A stretch of 63,877 nt of DNA, counting the filler, from Licmophora abbreviata (lineage: Eukaryota): NCBI GenBank assembly GCA_900291995.1. It is 13 parts of 13 records of this genome, joined end to end, with 100 filler letters (N's around TTAATTAATTAA, not from the genome) between each part and the next. Parts side by side here need not be neighbours in the genome. Positions count along the whole stretch, not along the records: positions 56,104 to 61,685 come from OLMU01004911.1; positions 61,786 to 63,877 come from OLMU01004914.1; 11 more parts are not named here. The stretch is one strand, 5' to 3'. The stretch's first letter is position 1, and the number at the start of each line of letters is the position of its first letter. Made by a program: the position numbers and the translations under genes. The notes beneath the pieces are model-generated. The model was not told the origin of the DNA. It saw only the letters and a program-made list of their open reading frames with translations, and searched no databases. Of this stretch, positions 59,713 through 63,877 are shown piece after piece.

Positions 59713-61685
59713 ATGACAGATCAACTGCTCCAGAGTGAAATTGAACTGGTGAATGTCGACAGCGACCCCCCGAACTCTACTTCGGCTGAATTTAGTAGAC
59801 GCCTCAAGCGCGGCAGCGACGATGAATCATCCTCCAGATCATACGACGTAATGACACTGCGCGCTCTTCGTCGTCGTCGTGGATTTCGGAGACCTAACAG
59901 GAGAGTCGTTCGGACTTCCCATTCGGTCGATGTCGAAACGGGAGAAGTTGGAGTACGCCAGTGTCATGTCGAACATGTACAGTCTCATGATGAGGAAGCG
60001 ATGGATCCGAAAGAGCGTCGGTGGAACAGGTTCGCGTCGAGACTGGGAGTTGTAGAAGAAGAAAACGAAAATATGGATAAAGAGGAAGAAAGCCGCGCAG
60101 AAGACGAATCCGAGAAGCGAGAGAGAAAGCATTTTCGTCTCACGGCTGGGAAATCTGCGACGCGGGAGGATTACTATGCCCAGCACAGTCTGCTTGTGAA
60201 ATACCTCCATTGGACCTTTCGTACTTCCTTTTTGCTCTTGTTTACCACCTCGACCCTTGCCTTTTGGACGTTTACAATTCTCTGGGCCTGTTTATTTCAC
60301 GCTGTTGGACATGCTCAGCCAGAATGCATTTCTGTCGGGGGACTCAACTATACGGCAGCCGGAGAGAACTTTATGGATGCGTATGCGCTCTCTTGGACGA
60401 CGTTCAGCACGGTCGGCTATGGACTGGTGTATCCACAGCTGGCCTTCAATGACGGGTCACGATGCTTTGGTGCCAACATGTTGGCGACGTTGGAGAGCTT
60501 CATCGGCGTCTTATTTGCCAGTTTTGTGGGGGCCATTGTCTATGGAAAGATTACTCGAACGCAAAGCGTTGCACCGACGCTCTTTAGCGATCCCATGGTA
60601 ATTCGGTACGGACCTGGTGTGATGGCCATGTCAGAAGATGAAAACGAGGACAGCGGCAACAACAATGAGAATCGTGATGCTGGCACGGAGACCGACAAGT
60701 CTACGCAAATACCTTGTCCCGTCCTGGAGTTTCGTGTCGTTAACCTGATGCATGCCGAGCCAAAAAGCGAAATTGTGGATGCCACCATCAAGGTTACAGC
60801 GAGTATTCTGGAGCGTGATGCCGCCGAGACAATTCGGCTGGTCGTCGAGCACCCCTCTCATCACAGGCGTCAGAGGAATGTTCGTCTCAAAGCGCCTCAA
60901 TTCTTGAAAATGCCACAAAAGCAGATTGGCAAGTTCACGTCCAGTATTGCCAAGAGTTTGCCAGCCAAGGAGCGCATTGAGAACGCAGCTAGAAACATGC
61001 GGTCGTCCATTGCAACTCCCTTTCTGCACTCGCAAGAAACTGATTCTGTCTACGATCCAGACGATCACATGAAGAGTGTCACAAGGAACTATGCGCCGAG
61101 CACTGATGCCACCACGAGGCTGCACAGCATTATTGACGAGGGAGACGGCTCTGCTCAACTGGTCCCTCGCCGTATCTTTTCCAGTCTCTCAATTGAGACT
61201 CCGAGCCATCCATTCTTCAAACGCGTGTGGAACGTTCGGCATACACTGGACCACACCTCGCCACTTTTGTCAGAAGAATGCAAAAAGATGATAATGGACA
61301 ACAATGGCTTTTGGCCCGAAGCGCTCAACAACTACACGGCAGTGGAGGAGCACGTACGCTTCGACCAGATTATCGTGAGTTTTTCAGGGACATCCAATGG
61401 GTCTGGTAGTACTGTATATGCTCAACATGTGTACGAACACTGCGACTTGAACATTGGCTATCGCTTTGCGGGCATTCTGAGGCAGCTAGGCGGCCGACTC
61501 GCAGTCGACGTGGCTCTCGTCAACGATGTTATGGAACAAAGTGGTGGTGGGGGCAAGCCGTTTGCCGACATTGCCAACGCTAACGATATTTCGGAGGACA
61601 TTGTGGATGCCCGAGAAAAGGCGGCGAAAGCAGCAAACGCAATGGCGACCACGAGCAGGGCGGTGGCAAAGTTTCTGGCCCTCCG
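59713..61685 (+). CDS. Inward-rectifier potassium channel (Kir/IRK family); 3' partial
   Basis: M1, pore SWTTFSTVGYG, M2 ESFIGVLFASFVGAIVYGK, then FSDPMVI, PVLEFRVVN and WNVRHTLDHTSPL. Confidence 0.9.
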
Positions 61686-61785
61686 NNNNNNNNNNNNNNN
61701 NNNNNNNNNNNNNNNNNNNNNNNNNNNNNTTAATTAATTAANNNNNNNNNNNNNNNNNNNNNNNNNNNNNNNNNNNNNNNNNNNN

Positions 61786-62202
61786 AAGGACGGAGACGAC
61801 GAGTATTGGACAGACACCTTTCTCAAGGAGAACCAAGCTCGTCTTCGAAAGCGCTGTGATACATGGCAGGCTTGTTGTCTAGACGAGTGTGACATCCCCC
61901 ACCTCCCGGCAGACTCTGGTCTCTTTGTGTGGATGGACATGACACAGTTCTTGCCGCCGCTCGACCCCGCGTCAGTGCTTGAACATGGCGAAGAGGAAGC
62001 CGCACAGATGGACACAAGGGAACGCACGCTATATCTGGAGCTCGTCAAGGAATATGGTCTTTTGTTTACCCCAGGTCGTAGCTTGCGCCATGAACGCCCT
62101 GGTTTCTTTCGGTGCGTCTTTTCCGCGGCGAGCAATGAAGAGTTTGAGCTAAGCCTGGAGCGGCTACGTGTGTTTGTCACGGCAAAGCACGGCTCGCGCT
62201 AG
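61786..62202 (+). CDS. C-terminal fragment of a class I/II PLP aminotransferase (ACC synthase-like)
   Basis: SGLFVWMDM and LFTPGRS..HERPGFFRCVFS motifs. The 5' part is lost in the spacer. Confidence 0.75.
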   Translation, partial: KDGDDEYWTDTFLKENQARLRKRCDTWQACCLDECDIPHLPADSGLFVWMDMTQFLPPLDPASVLEHGEEEAAQMDTRERTLYLELVKEYGLLFTPGRSLRHERPGFFRCVFSAASNEEFELSLERLRVFVTAKHGSR

Positions 62203-62419
62203 CTACAACCGCGATCGTCTTGCTTTCGTCACATGTCAATAAGCGCAAAATGTACATAGTATGCTAAGCAAGTTATAATTTTATGTCGAGTTCAAGTGCG
62301 CAAGGGAGACTTGAGACTTGGGTGCGCGGTATGATAGCACCATAAAGGCTGACAGTCAGGGAAATACATCCAAAGAAGATAGACGGACAGGACTGCGACG
62401 AACTGATGCAGCTTGATCG

Positions 62420-63877
62420 TTAGGGAGGAGCTCGCTCGATAGGATGAGAGCTGTTGTCCTCCTCGTTCAACCGTTTTGTGAGAATCTCCAACGCAGAATT
62501 GACCCATTGATCAGCAGCATCAGCAGAACTATCAAGTCGTGAGATAGAGCCCAGGTCGGTAAGACCGACTTGTCGCTTACGCGGCGTGGAGCTCGAAAGG
62601 TAAGTCCCCACATGGTGCCATTTCACATCGTCGTGCTGAAATCCGCTCTTTGCAAATTGCTTGAGCCCCTTCCGCAGCGCATCATTCTTCAACAATTCTT
62701 TCCGATCTTTGATCTCTATCATTTGGAAGTAGGGCATAAGGAGGCATCGCTGCCCTGTGTCGCCATATTGCTCGACACGGCAGAAAGACCATTCTTTAGA
62801 TCCGTAGACCTTCATCCAATTCGCTTGTTCCTTTTCTGCAGCTTGCACCGTCGTATCGTCCTTCTTAAAGAATTTGATTACACAAGCGTTGCCAGCTGTG
62901 TCGGTGGCAAGACAGCAAACGCCGCTCTCCCCGAATCCAAGAGGTGACCAAACGTAGAAAGTATTGCATTTGGCAGTGGGGAAGGCGTCGAGCTGTATCC
63001 CATTCTCTAGCTTGCGTCGACCAAATGTGAATACACGTTTTACTGGGTTGGGCGAAAAGATTATTTCCCGAGCTGGTGCTTCGAGGGGCGCTGCCAAGAT
63101 GTATTCCCGGCTTATTGAAGAGTTCATCATCGCCAACACTGCTGTTGCAAGCAGTGGTCCCACATCCTGGCCAGCGTGCACAGGGTTGCCCGCATACACC
63201 CGCCGTTCGACGTTCCCGGAAAGAGCTTGAACCTTCGCCCCTTTCGAATGATTTCCTTCCGAGCCAGGTTTCGCATGAGACATTGACGAGCGCACGATCA
63301 CTTGTGCAGCACCTTCAGGGGCGCGCAAGATGGATGCCTCGGGCGAGGAGCCTTTGACCACCTTGAGAGTCTCAGCAACATTGGGTGGAGATTGAAAAGG
63401 TTTCGTAAGGGAAACCAACTGCCACGTGTTCCAGTCAGTAACAAGTCCGATTGGTTCCTTCGGACTGTTGAGACATAAAAGACTCAGTTGCTCAAAGACT
63501 TGTCCGTTCACCTCAGATTCTCCGGCATCAAAGATCTTGCTGCGATCAATATCGTTGCTGTTAGGTTTCTTCACTTCCACTGAGCCGATTGGCAAGTTGT
63601 TTTCCTTGCGCACAATGAGTAGATCCGGTGCTACATCCAGTATTGACCGGTTCTGGTGTATACTCAGTACATTCTCCAATCCCAGAGCCTTGATGACGTC
63701 TCCAAGAAGACCGTTCACCTTAATTGTCACGTCATCTTCGCACTGAACACCTCTGTCACAGCGAAAACGGGGGGGTTGACTGTACCACTGCTCCTTACAT
63801 TCCTTGACCAGCGCGGAATTTGTTGGAACATCAATGATCTCTTTGGATGCGATTTTGTAGCCAGTCGACGTGTTGGG
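62420..63877 (-). CDS. Crinkler-type protein: PD-(D/E)xK restriction-endonuclease-like domain plus atypical kinase; 5' partial
   Basis: EDDV...APDLLIV...IGSVEVKKP...GQVFEQL...IGLVTDWNTW (REase). LGFGESG, VIKFF, LLMPYF, FQHDDVKWHHVG and LTDLG (kinase). The frame is open to the window end. Confidence 0.75.
   Translation of the reverse strand, partial: PNTSTGYKIASKEIIDVPTNSALVKECKEQWYSQPPRFRCDRGVQCEDDVTIKVNGLLGDVIKALGLENVLSIHQNRSILDVAPDLLIVRKENNLPIGSVEVKKPNSNDIDRSKIFDAGESEVNGQVFEQLSLLCLNSPKEPIGLVTDWNTWQLVSLTKPFQSPPNVAETLKVVKGSSPEASILRAPEGAAQVIVRSSMSHAKPGSEGNHSKGAKVQALSGNVERRVYAGNPVHAGQDVGPLLATAVLAMMNSSISREYILAAPLEAPAREIIFSPNPVKRVFTFGRRKLENGIQLDAFPTAKCNTFYVWSPLGFGESGVCCLATDTAGNACVIKFFKKDDTTVQAAEKEQANWMKVYGSKEWSFCRVEQYGDTGQRCLLMPYFQMIEIKDRKELLKNDALRKGLKQFAKSGFQHDDVKWHHVGTYLSSSTPRKRQVGLTDLGSISRLDSSADAADQWVNSALEILTKRLNEEDNSSHPIERAPP

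Noticed and set aside
4558..61785. Regularly recurring TTAATTAATTAA flanked by Ns, as a repeat or CRISPR-like element
   Set aside because: It is an artificial six-frame-stop scaffold linker of fixed 100-nt length.

Overview
Eukaryotic nuclear DNA, most consistent with a diatom (probably pennate). It is gene-dense, with short GT-AG introns, bipartite plastid-targeting presequences (ASAFAP-like), and diatom-typical families such as HA-domain, LPLH-ankyrin, ARM and VWD/FReD proteins. The window is a pseudo-scaffold of 13 contigs joined by artificial 100-nt spacers (N44-TTAATTAATTAA-N44), so adjacency across spacers is not guaranteed. Several genes carry one-base frameshifts at homopolymer runs, most likely sequencing errors. 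About 30 protein genes are present, including CWC22, KRR1, RMI1, VIPP1, a BASS transporter, TenA, a halide/thiol methyltransferase, a myosin, TatD and a Kir channel. The most notable feature is a gap-free cluster of four diverged paralogues (8351-17182). All four share an unnamed N-terminal helical domain. Three also carry a 'VVAP..LP.G..FEA...FLATV-P.GGV..G..F' module plus a PLAC8 domain with identical intron positions, and the fourth lacks the membrane part. Also notable are a Crinkler-type REase+kinase gene, an HMG-box/2OG-Fe(II) dioxygenase fusion, a J-domain-less DJC76-like ferredoxin divergent from VIPP1, and an RRM protein with CysRS-anticodon-like repeats. No RNA genes, CRISPR arrays or intact transposons were recognised.
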